This document shows, piece after piece, positions 8,400 to 19,600 of a stretch of 58,886 bases of DNA. Positions within the stretch are counted from its first letter, which is position 1. Every line of letters starts with the position of its first letter. The stretch is from Fibrobacterales bacterium (GTDB taxonomy: Bacteria; Fibrobacterota; Fibrobacteria; Fibrobacterales; JAOPTW01), in contig JAOPTW010000026.1 in the NCBI GenBank assembly GCA_051532035.1, positions 1-58,886 of the forward strand. Direction: 5' to 3'. A program made the translations under genes and the position numbers. The notes under the pieces were generated by a model that worked only from the letters and a program-made list of their open reading frames with translations, made no database searches and had not been told where the DNA came from.

Positions 8400-11300
8400 A
8401 TGCCACCATGTCATTACTGTAACGTTCAGTTAGTAGACGGAATAGATGGAAATTCACGCCCCACATTACCTGTAGGAGGGTATGAGTGTCGCGAGTGTCA
8501 TGTACCGGTAACTCAGGTATGTCGAGACTGTGCATGGTGGTTATTTGGACCACGATACAGTGCGGCCAATGTAGACCCCGCTCTGTTAAACCCAGAGGAT
8601 GAGGCACCATTAGATGAACCAGTACGCCCCTGTCCGGATCGTCAAGAAGCGCGCGAAAACGGTAAAGAAGAACTTATTGATGCATTAAAAAATGTTTGTG
8701 GCCTGACAAAGCACCAGTGTAAAAAAGAAAATCTAGAAACGGAAATGAGCGCAGCCTGGAAGTTTTGGGATGAGTCATTTGGCTTTAATCGTAGTGATGA
8801 TTATGCCCGAATGGCATATACGCTTATCGCGGTCTATTTAGGAGCAGAAAAACGGTGTAATGGCCATAGTGGTGGATATTTTCATCTATTTGATGCACCC
8901 AAAATAGCACGTAAACATTTAGAGACCTGTTTTACAGGTGGAGGTAAGACATTTATACCTGCGGGACGGGATGAACGCGCTCAAGCATCGTTGCACTATA
9001 TTGAATTATTAGATCGATTGTTTAGGGACAAAATAACGCTTTCTCATGCCTACCGCTTGTCAATGTTATTTATTGAGACAGCTTCCAACAATCTTGATCG
9101 GAAAAAGCTTTTGAAAGCAGCTGAAATGGCCTGTGAGATATTTATTTCCTGTTGTGGGTCTGCGGAACCTATTGATTTTGGAAATATTAATTTTAAACCA
9201 CTGGGAGCTCCGGGGTATATTACGGCTGATGATATAAAGAACATAGTAAAAGTTGATTCTAAGGCTATGTCTGACCGTGCACTTTCAAAAATTAGTAGTT
9301 TATTAACGACACTAGAAAAAATAAATCCTGCCAACCTTCCCAAGCGCCCTCACTATGTATCGCTCCAAGCGCAAGCCAATGATAAACAAGCTCTTGAAGC
9401 CTTGGATCTGGAAGATAACCAGGTGGACTATTTTCAGTCACTGCCAAAAATGGACTCTATCGGTCAAGATGCAACAACCCTTACTGAATGTGAAAGGAAC
9501 GTCCGTGAACGAGTAAGTAGAAAAATGTATGCATTATTGAGCAATGCTTTCAGTCTTCCCGTTTTTGGTAACCAGCCAACAAATAAATCGGTGGCACCCA
9601 ATATTTATGCAATGTTTCATAATTCAATAAATGCCCGACCGGGTATATATTATAGTGATGCGACTGTAGATACTCTTGTTGGAGCCTATTTAGGTTTTCC
9701 TGTTGCTATTGTTCCTAATGAAGAAGCTGATGGCTTAGTGAATGCCTTTGCCTCAATTGCTGCGTTTACATTGCATGTCAGAGCACGTGCATTAAAACTG
9801 ATTAACCTGTTTCATGTTTATAACGATATCCATGATAGTATGACTGCGGCTTACGATTCCCCTATAAAATCAGCATTCGAAGAGTCTGCTCAATTAAATG
9901 CAACACTCGATGTTTGTGCACGTGCCACTACTACAATTGTATCGTTAATAGAGCACATAAATGGAGCGTATACAAATAATGGGTTACGTAGGTATCTTGT
10001 TTCACAAGCCGATTCAATAGATCACCTTGCTACCGCTCTTAATGATGGGCCCGGTAAAATTCGTGCACGAAACTACTTTATAGATTTGTTACTATGCGAT
10101 CTCAACGGTCCAGCATCGTGGCTAGAAACAACGTTTGGTGAGGGTACCTTTGATTTCTTCCGTAATGCCCCAGAAACATTTGCCTGCCGAAATGATTATT
10201 GGATCCACAATAGTAAAGTGAGCTGGCGCAAAGTGTTTAGAAAATGTAGTGTAATTCCTAAAAGTAATACTGATGGTTTTTGGACAACTCGAATGAGTCA
10301 AAAATCAATTGAGGCTCATGAAGATGACCGGAAGAACTCTTCCGGATGGTATTGGGATTGGCGGGTTGAAAAAGATCGCGCTATTTATTCAGGTAAAGTA
10401 GATACCGTTGGTCCATTACTCGGGTATCGCCTCAATGAAAATCCACGAACCATGAGTCCCGTTCTTACTTCGCTCACACCGTATATCCATTGTCCTATTC
10501 CGAATGCCAATTATGGGCAAAATACATTTGTATGGAATAACTCGATTAAAAGTAGAGCGGTCTATACGTTAAATGACCGAATGCCCCCTCGGAGAAGTTT
10601 ACTGTTACTAGTACAGGATATTGTTTTCATGACAAAAGCAAAAATGGGCGATCCTGCTATTCCATCACAGAGGCAAGCTGGGCTCACCTATTATACAGCA
10701 CATCTTGAAGCTCATTACCTCCATGCACAAGGTCTCTACCATAGTGAGAATCGCCCTAATGAGGCTTTCCCAGTAGCTGATGTACCCGCTAACGAAGATG
10801 GGAGCTTACGACTTGAATTTTTGTCTAAGGACGAGCTTTTGCTAAGGATATCACCGCGGTTAGAAAAAATGAAAAAGTGTTTTGAAATGGCTGCAATAAC
10901 TCGTGCTTCTAGTTCTGATGCTGTTACAGTGATGTTTGGTGAGTCTGAGCGAATAGAGGCAACACAAACATTGTGTGCTCAAGGGGATTCTACCATAGAT
11001 ACACTATTGGCACATATTAATAATCGGTATACTAATGCAGGGTTACGACGGTATATAATTTCGCGCATTGATCATACAGCCCATTTAGAAAAGGTGGTAA
11101 GTATTGGATTTTTAGCACTCGATCCAAAAAACATACTTCAAACTGGGTGGACTAATAAAATAGATCAAAGTGAAACATTCGATGGTCAAAAACCATCTTT
11201 TGGAGCCGCAACCTTAAATGGGTTGGGAAACCCATTAATTGAGTGTCATGTGTTTGGTGATCTAAAAGTTGCAGATCATTCACTCGGAGCTATTCTGTCT

Positions 11301-11528
11301 GTTGCTGGTGATGATATCAGTACCAAGAAAACTCAAAGGGTTAGGCAGCTTAAGACCAAGACAGATACTATGGGTATACTACTCCATACTACCCGTTTAA
11401 AAGACCTCATGAGCCAGCATAGACCCGATGGGTTCATGGGTAATGCATGGTTGGGGGCAGAAAGAGATGTCGCCGAACCAGCAATAGGTGATTTGACGGT
11501 TAATCCTCCACTCGTACCCGTTGTATAA
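8400..11528 (+). CDS. Large hypothetical protein, candidate secreted effector with N-terminal Cys cluster and OspC/DUF3626-like C-terminal domain
   Basis: 1042-aa ORF, AAGGA upstream, no signal peptide; CHYC/CREC/CRDC at N-terminus; internal 51-aa repeat; SPVLTSL..NYG..FVW...IKSRAVYTLND and IECHVFGDL motifs. The CDS is secure; the function is inference. Confidence 0.6.
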   Translation: MPPCHYCNVQLVDGIDGNSRPTLPVGGYECRECHVPVTQVCRDCAWWLFGPRYSAANVDPALLNPEDEAPLDEPVRPCPDRQEARENGKEELIDALKNVCGLTKHQCKKENLETEMSAAWKFWDESFGFNRSDDYARMAYTLIAVYLGAEKRCNGHSGGYFHLFDAPKIARKHLETCFTGGGKTFIPAGRDERAQASLHYIELLDRLFRDKITLSHAYRLSMLFIETASNNLDRKKLLKAAEMACEIFISCCGSAEPIDFGNINFKPLGAPGYITADDIKNIVKVDSKAMSDRALSKISSLLTTLEKINPANLPKRPHYVSLQAQANDKQALEALDLEDNQVDYFQSLPKMDSIGQDATTLTECERNVRERVSRKMYALLSNAFSLPVFGNQPTNKSVAPNIYAMFHNSINARPGIYYSDATVDTLVGAYLGFPVAIVPNEEADGLVNAFASIAAFTLHVRARALKLINLFHVYNDIHDSMTAAYDSPIKSAFEESAQLNATLDVCARATTTIVSLIEHINGAYTNNGLRRYLVSQADSIDHLATALNDGPGKIRARNYFIDLLLCDLNGPASWLETTFGEGTFDFFRNAPETFACRNDYWIHNSKVSWRKVFRKCSVIPKSNTDGFWTTRMSQKSIEAHEDDRKNSSGWYWDWRVEKDRAIYSGKVDTVGPLLGYRLNENPRTMSPVLTSLTPYIHCPIPNANYGQNTFVWNNSIKSRAVYTLNDRMPPRRSLLLLVQDIVFMTKAKMGDPAIPSQRQAGLTYYTAHLEAHYLHAQGLYHSENRPNEAFPVADVPANEDGSLRLEFLSKDELLLRISPRLEKMKKCFEMAAITRASSSDAVTVMFGESERIEATQTLCAQGDSTIDTLLAHINNRYTNAGLRRYIISRIDHTAHLEKVVSIGFLALDPKNILQTGWTNKIDQSETFDGQKPSFGAATLNGLGNPLIECHVFGDLKVADHSLGAILSVAGDDISTKKTQRVRQLKTKTDTMGILLHTTRLKDLMSQHRPDGFMGNAWLGAERDVAEPAIGDLTVNPPLVPVV

Positions 11529-11591
11529 TATACTCCCAGAAGAATATTAACTACTCGTCACTTGGGTAGCATCTTTGATATATTTGTGATT

Positions 11592-13346
11592 ATGATACAA
11601 TACTTTATTTCTCTTCTGCTCTTACTGAGTGTACTCTCTTTTTCTCCTGTATTTGCATCCGGAAAATGTGCAAGTTCCTTTTTTATTGATCCTTCCCGAA
11701 GTATGACCGATCACGTGACCCCAAAAATCACAGCTGCAGGAAGCCGTGTCTGTACTCAAGAAGATTTTAAAGATTCAGTGTATCTTTTTGAAACAGAACA
11801 TTTTGCATTGTATTATACTATGACGGGTATTCATGCGATTGCAGGGGCAGATAATACTCTGTATCAAATTTATCTGGATACCATGGCATTCAAGCTTGAA
11901 GAGGCCTATCGGTTCTATACCGATTCGATTGGAATGGTTCTTTCTGCTCCGCATCCGGTATCGTATCAGTATTCTCAACCGGTCATTACCGGGAAATATA
12001 CTGTAGAAATAATTGATGTCCATCATATTCGTGATGATAAGCGAACTGACTTCCGGGATATGGTTAAAAATCAGCAGATATATGGATTTGTCTCACTCAG
12101 TGACGCGAGCAAGCAATACACGTACATGTTTGTTGAAAATGATTACCATTATACACCCCAAGGAACTGCAAAACAGTCGTTCACAACTGACACGGGATCT
12201 GAGTGTTTTTATTATGCCTCTCCCGCTGCTATAACTTCGGGAGCGGTAAGCTATGCAAATGAGACAGAGAAGGCCTTTGATGTAACGGTTACTCATGAAC
12301 TGTATCACGCATTTCAATTTGAATACGAGACTGAGTTTACTGACCTTCATTTTTGGTTCGAGGCATCTGCTACAGGAATGGAAGAGGTCCTTTCACCCGA
12401 TATTAACGACTATTGGCAATACACGGATCTGATTTTTCAGTCACCTCAGGAGAGTATGCTAGAAGCAGGGGGGACCAGAAAGTATGGGCAGGGCCTCTTT
12501 TTACAGTACCTGTTTCACAATTATCCCTATTCAATTGAAAAAGAAATTTGGGAACACAGAAGAAATAATCAGGGGACTGATATGATCACAACTTTTGATG
12601 CGGTTCTTTCAAATAACTACTCAACGCCCTTAGATTCGGTGCAGAATGATTATTACTCTCATCTGCTTCTTTCCGGGAGTCGGAGCTCAGCAGATCCAAA
12701 CCCTTTTTCTCAGGATATGTCAAATTTTTACACAATTACCCCTGCACCGATATCAGATGTTATTCAGAAAGGAGATGATGCGACTCTCACTCTATCTAAA
12801 CCGCTCAGTTCTAAGATGTATGATCTCAGTAGTTTGGTTGGTAATGATCCACTCTATGTCAGTGTACGTTCAGGTGTTACCTTGTCCCTCATTGAAATTG
12901 ATACTATCGCTGATACTGCAGAAATTACCGCACTTAAAGGACCGACTATCACGCTCATCGGTGATTCATTAACCAAGCCAGCGTATCTCAACTTCAGCTC
13001 TAAAAAGGGGGGCTCTGAAAATATTCAACTCACCCAAACTCTTGAAGACATCTTTATTTTTGATGGTCCATCAAAATTGTATCCGCCCTATCCTAATCCG
13101 TATAATTATCGGGTGCATAGCGGTGCTGATATTACTTTTCCTAGTTCAAATATTCCCGAGGGAACCACAATACGCATTCTTTCTCGAAAGGGAGTGGTGG
13201 TACAAACTCTTAAGAAAGAGAGCGGGGTAGATGAGATCGTCTGGAAAGGTGGGCTGAGCAGCCAGAATAAGCGCCTACCTTCGGGCTATTATTATTACAT
13301 CGATACCTATCATAATAAGCCCGGTAAGATTATTCTTCTTAATTAG
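11592..13346 (+). CDS. Secreted zinc metalloprotease (MXAN_6640-like) with C-terminal PYPNP sorting-type domain
   Basis: Signal peptide ending VFA; THELYHAFQ (HExxH) and WFEASATGMEE; C-terminal PYPNP...IVWKG...LPSGYYYY resembling T9SS type A/FlgD-Ig domains. ORF track starts at 11562. Confidence 0.8.
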   Translation: MIQYFISLLLLLSVLSFSPVFASGKCASSFFIDPSRSMTDHVTPKITAAGSRVCTQEDFKDSVYLFETEHFALYYTMTGIHAIAGADNTLYQIYLDTMAFKLEEAYRFYTDSIGMVLSAPHPVSYQYSQPVITGKYTVEIIDVHHIRDDKRTDFRDMVKNQQIYGFVSLSDASKQYTYMFVENDYHYTPQGTAKQSFTTDTGSECFYYASPAAITSGAVSYANETEKAFDVTVTHELYHAFQFEYETEFTDLHFWFEASATGMEEVLSPDINDYWQYTDLIFQSPQESMLEAGGTRKYGQGLFLQYLFHNYPYSIEKEIWEHRRNNQGTDMITTFDAVLSNNYSTPLDSVQNDYYSHLLLSGSRSSADPNPFSQDMSNFYTITPAPISDVIQKGDDATLTLSKPLSSKMYDLSSLVGNDPLYVSVRSGVTLSLIEIDTIADTAEITALKGPTITLIGDSLTKPAYLNFSSKKGGSENIQLTQTLEDIFIFDGPSKLYPPYPNPYNYRVHSGADITFPSSNIPEGTTIRILSRKGVVVQTLKKESGVDEIVWKGGLSSQNKRLPSGYYYYIDTYHNKPGKIILLN

Positions 13347-13685
13347 AGGAGGATTTCTAATCAGCCGGGAGCTTTATTGCGATTGCGGTATCGTTTTCTC
13401 CTCCGGCTCAAAAAAGTTCTTTCGGGTTCGTATGAATAGCTACTACAACTCCAATCAGGCTACATTATTGTAGTTAAATCAAATTTGAGTACGCTACAAG
13501 TACGGTATTTGAGTGAAAACTAAACACTCATCTTATTAAGTGCTGGGGTAATTGATACTTTGCAGGCCGCGGTAGTATATGCTACCGCACACAACAAATA
13601 ATAGTGACTGTAATTAAGGGAACCTACTGATACACAGTTAAGGTTACACCACTATTAAAAAGTATTACACAAAACATAGATCCAT

Positions 13686-16600
13686 ATGGAGACCCCTATG
13701 ACAATTAAAACAAAAATTGGTAAAGCGTTGAGCGTTCCATTGATTGTAGCACTCGGAGCATTAAATGCGACAAGTGCACAAGCAATGGAATTTTCTCCGT
13801 CAGACCTCACTTTCGGACTCACCCCAAACGACTCACCAGCTGATCAAACAGCAGTATTAACCAATACAACGAATAATCCGGTTAACTACTCTATTAAATC
13901 TGCTGGTATCATTGCACGTCCTTTTGCTGCTTCGAACCAAACAAGTTCATTTACTCAAGCTGCAGCACAGGCGACTCAAAGTAGTATCGAAAATATCGAT
14001 TCAGCTCCTTATGTTGAAGGGCAAATCATTATCTCTTTAAAAGAGGTTATGAGTGCCAAAGGTAGCTCTAAAGGAATGGCACACCGAGCGCTCGCTCGAC
14101 TCAACGTTAAAAAGTTAAAAAACATTACTCCTCCAAAATTTGCAGGTCTCAACCTCGCTTTTAGTTCTCAAGATCAACTCCTTGTTGTTACTCTTGAAGA
14201 TAAAAGTCATCAGAATGTTATCAACACTATTAACAATCTTAAAAATGACCAGGATGTTAATTTTGTAGAACCAGACTGGATTGTTCAGAGCAACAGAACT
14301 CCTAATGACCCAGAGCTCTCTCGTCTTTGGGGTATGGAAGCTATCTCAGCAAGTGAAGCATGGGATTCTGAGACTGGGAGAAATGAGGTTGTTATCGGGG
14401 TGGTCGATTCTGGTATTGATTATCTCCACCCAGCATTGCAGTCAAATATATGGACCAATGTTAACGAAGTTCCAGGAAATGGAATCGATGATGATGGTAA
14501 TGGATACATTGATGATATCCATGGATATGACTTCGTAAATGATGATAGCGATCCTATGGACGATGATGGTCATGGAACTCACTGTGCAGGAACTATTGCC
14601 GGTTCTGGTGATGATGGGCATGATATTGTTGGGGTTATGTGGAACGCACGGCTTATGGCACTCAAGTTCCTTGACAATACTGGTCATGGCCCAACTTCAG
14701 CTGCTATTGAGGCGATAAACTATGCCAATGCCATGGGTGTCTCTATTACTAATAATAGCTGGGGTGGTTCACAGTATTCACAAGCTCTTCATGACGCTAT
14801 TGACGCTGGAGGACTCTTTGTTGCCGCTGCAGGTAACAACGGTCAACTCAACAATGACTTGAATGCACACTATCCATCTAACTACAGCCTCAACAATATT
14901 ATTGCAGTTGCAGCAACTGATATCAACGACAATATTGCAGGATTTTCCCACTACGGTGCGGTATCAGTGGATGTTGCAGCTCCTGGTGTCGGTATATACA
15001 GTTCACTACCAAACAACCGTTATGCTAGTGCAAATGGAACTTCAATGGCCGCTCCCCATGTAGCGGGTCTTGCGGGACTTATATATTCGCTTAATAGCCA
15101 ATTAAGCTCAACTGAAATTAAAGAGACTATCATGTCTACTGTAGATCCAGTTGCTGGTCTTGCAGGCTTAATGGTGACGGGTGGTAGAATCAATGCATCT
15201 CGTGCAATCAGCGCTACGACACCTTCATGGCTACAGGTTTCAGATAATGGTACCGGTATACTCAACCCTGGTGAATCAGTAAATTTTTCAGTAACGGTTG
15301 ATCCTACCTATCTTGCAGAGGGAACATGGTCTGCAAATCTCATCATCGGCCAATCAGCAAACCCTGCACAGGATGTCGTCCTTCCTATAACAGTAAACGT
15401 TGGACCGTGTCGTGCACTTTCTGCTTCAGTCAACTCTGTAGTTTACCCAATAGCATGGATTGGAGATAGTGAAACAGAAGAGATCACTCTTACCAACAGC
15501 TGTAATGCTGAAGTTACCATTAATAGTATCACCACATCGGATGCCGCCTTTGGTTCATTACTCGCTGCTCCTGCTGTTGTATCTCCATTTAGCACTGTAA
15601 CGGTACCGGTTGTTTTCAGTCCTCTTGATGAAGTCGTCTATAATTCAGTTCTTACAATAGTAAGTGATGCAGAAGACAATGAAACTATCATTGTTACTCT
15701 CGATGCTGAAGGCCAATTTGGACCACAAATCATCCACAATCCAACGGCAATCAATGAAACGCTTGCCGCTAATACCGCAAAAACAATTAACCTGACATTC
15801 TCTAACCCAGGTGTACGTGATCTTATATTTACCCTTAATACAGATGCAGGCGACTCATGGATTGATGTTTCAACAGCTGAAATCACTATTGCATCGGGCC
15901 AATCACAGGATGTTTCTGTTATGGTTGTTGTTCCAAATCTTGGTGGAACGGTTACTTCAGAAATCTTTATTAACCACAATGCCGTGGGGGCAACACCGAT
16001 AATTATTCCTGTAAGTGTCACAACACTCGCAGATAACTATCTATCAGTAAATCAACTCTCTATTGATTGGGGTATCGTTTCAAACCGTACTCACCCAACC
16101 TTTGATATCAAAGATAAGGCAACAAAAGAGGGTGGTAGTATAACTTCTGTACACTCTACTGATATTGATCTTGATGGAGATCTTGATTTTATTTATGGCT
16201 ACTCATTTAGTAATAGAAACTATCAATCTGACCTTATCATATCAGAAAATACTGCGGATTGCTATGGACAATATACTGAGCATACAATATACTCTGGTAC
16301 TGAAGCACAACTTGATTACTATGAAATTGAGTCTGGTGATATTGATGGCGATGGTGATATAGATCTGTTCGTTGGTATGGGTAACCGTGGTTCTGGTGCT
16401 AAACTCTTCTGGTTTGAGAACGATGGCACACAAAACTTCACTCGCCATGAGCTTATTTTTGATGGATATCCTCATAAATTGAGCGTAGTTGATTATGATC
16501 ACGATGGTGATAGTGATCTTCTTGTTGTTAACAGTACCGACGATGAGTTCGTCTTCTATGAAAATGACGGTTCGCAAAGCTTTACTATTAGAAGCTGGTC

Positions 16601-19600
16601 TACTGATGATACTGAAGATGTTATGAATATGAACATTGTAGATTTTAACAAAGATGGGTTGGTGGACTTTGTTGGCACGAGCCGAAACATTATTGATGAA
16701 TCGAAAAAATCGATTCTCTGGTATGAGAATTTAGGCAACCATACCTTTCAAAAGCGTGTTATTCTTTACACCCCATATTCATTATATCTTTCTGTTGGCG
16801 ATATCGATTCCGACAACGACTTTGACTTACTCGCTACAACATGGAGTGATGGGGCTTTTTGGATTGAAAATGACAATGGTCTGTACAAAATGCATTTACT
16901 CGATATTGAACAATCAACTGACCATTACATTGTTGATATGGACAATGATGGCGATAAAGACATTGCACTCACTATGGATAATGGATCCGGTACTAGAAGT
17001 ATCTCAATTCTAGAAAACGACGGTAATGAAACATTTACTGCGGAAGAGATTTATCCGAGCTCTGTTATTCATTTTATCGCAACAGATGTAAATAATGATG
17101 GTGACATTGACCTCTTTTTCAATAATTATGTAGACAAGCAGGTCACTATTATGAATAATGAACTCAAGTTAACGCAATCGATTCAGCTTGAGAATAGCGG
17201 TGGAAATGCAACAACTATCAGCTCATTAGAAATCGATAATTCATTATTCACTATTAACTACGCTGCACCAGTAGAGATTGCTCCACAAACCAGTGTATGT
17301 TTTGAACTTGTATATAATGCAACCGGTACTCAAAAAGAGACCGCTACGCTCTCTATACAAAGTGATGCAATGGATAACTCATCAATATCTGTAGCTCTAG
17401 AAGCAGGTGGGGAACAGACAGCCTATGACGTTGCACTCAATAAATCAGCATCAGCATCTTCTACAGAGTCAGGACTCTTAACAGATAATGCTATTGATGG
17501 TGACAATACTACTCGTTGGTCATCTGACTTTGCAGATCCACAATGGTTTATAGTTGATCTCGAAGGTTCATTTGACATCAGTGAAGTTATCCTCACGTGG
17601 GAGACTGCCGCAGCTAAAGTATACAGCATTGATGTATCAAATAACAATGGTCAGAATTGGACTACTGTGTATACTGATAATAATGGTAATGGTGGCGTTG
17701 ATCATATTAGCGTATCAGAAGACAACGTTACTCACGTAAAAATGTATGGTACACAGAGAACTACTCAATGGGGATACTCACTCTTCTCATTTGAAGTTAT
17801 GGGTGTACCACATCGTACAGAACCTCCTGTTGTTACTACTCTCGATGTTACACCACTCCAAGCGACTATCTTTGAATATGAGACTCAGCAGTTTACTGCA
17901 CAAGCGTATGATCAATTTGGTAACCCAATGAATGCTTCAATCTCTTGGAGTACTCTTGGTGGAATGATTGGTCCAACAGGGCTCTTCACTGGAACTGAAA
18001 TTGGTTCATTTACCGTAGCCGCAAATGCAAATGGTGTTATTGCTACTGCTAGTATCACTGTTAATGAAGCACCGGTAGTTGACCGTATTACTCTTACTCC
18101 AGCGAATACAACGCTCAACATTGGCCAAACACAGCAATACACTGCTGTTGCGTATGACCAGTATAATGCTGTTATTTCTGCTGTATTTACGTGGAATGTA
18201 AATGGTACCAGTGGTACTCTCACACAAAATGGTCTTTTTACTGCTATCAGTGCACATGCTGGTGATGTAATTACCGTAACATCTGGTGCTCAATCAGCAA
18301 CGGCGTCTGTTATTGTTGTTGACGCGCCTCCTTCTGATATTGCATTAGGTAAGCCTGCATCGGCATCTTCCGATGAAGTTGGATACTCTGCATCTAATGC
18401 GGTTGATGGTAATGGTACAACTCGTTGGTCAAGTGATTTTTCTGACCCTCAGTGGATAGAAATTGATCTTCAAGGTTCATTTGACATTAGTCGTGTCGTA
18501 TTAGCTTGGGAAACTGCTGCAGCAAGTGAATACCAGGTCCAAGTACTCGTTAATGACCGTTGGAGCACAATCCACATTACCACAAATGGTAATGGTGGAA
18601 CTGATGAACATATCGTTAATGCATCGAATGCAACAAAAATAAGAATGTATGGTACAAAGAGAACTACAGAATGGGGTTACTCACTCTTCTCATTTGAAGT
18701 ATACGGAGTGCCACACATCTCAGAACCTCCTGTATTAACTTCTATTGAAGTGACGGACATGACTGTTGCACTCGAAAGTATCACCAGAATTACATTTCAA
18801 GGATACGATCAGTTTAATAACCCAATGAATATTCAAGGCATGCCTGACTACAGTGTGAGTGGTGGTGGCTGGGTAAGAGATGGTTACTTTACTGCAGAAG
18901 AAGCAGGTAACTGGTCAGTAACTGTTTCTGCTGATGGCGTTTCTGGTGTTGGTTCAATAACTGTTGAAGACTCACAACCTTTAGTACTTACAACTATCGA
19001 AGTCACGGATATGACTGTTGCACTCGGAAGCATCACCAGAATTGAGTTTCAAGGATACGATCAGTTTAATAACCCAATGAGTATTCAAGGCATGCCAGAC
19101 TACAGTGTTAGTGGTGGTGGTTGGATAAGAGACGGCTATTTTACTGCCGAAGAAGCAGGCAATTGGTCAGCAACTGTTACCGCTGATGGCATTTCTGGTG
19201 TTGGTACAATAACTGTTGAAGATCTTACAAACCTTATCTCTAATGGTGGCTTTGATAACAATGTTGAGGGTTGGACATTAGATACCTATGGATCAGCAAA
19301 TGGTTTCTTACAGCATGTTAATAACGAATGTATTATAAACATGGGAAGTGGTGGTTCAGAAAATTGGCATGTACAATTTCGTCAGAATGGCATTCCCCTT
19401 GAAGCTGGTAAAACGTATCGTTTAAGTTTTGATGCTCGTGCAAATGCAAATAGATCTATTGATGCACAACTTGAAACTGATGGAAATCCATGGACTAACT
19501 ATGGTAACATTCCTGCAACGGCAATCACTACTACTTTGAGTAATTATGAGTACACATTCACTATGAATGAAACTGATATGAATGCACGCATTGTATTCAA

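Noticed and set aside
13363..13588. Two hairpins upstream of the S8 gene (AGCCGG...CCGGCT; GCGGTAG...CTACCGC) as a riboswitch or terminator
   Set aside because: No recognisable aptamer consensus and no U-tract on the sense strand; cannot be assigned without a covariance search.
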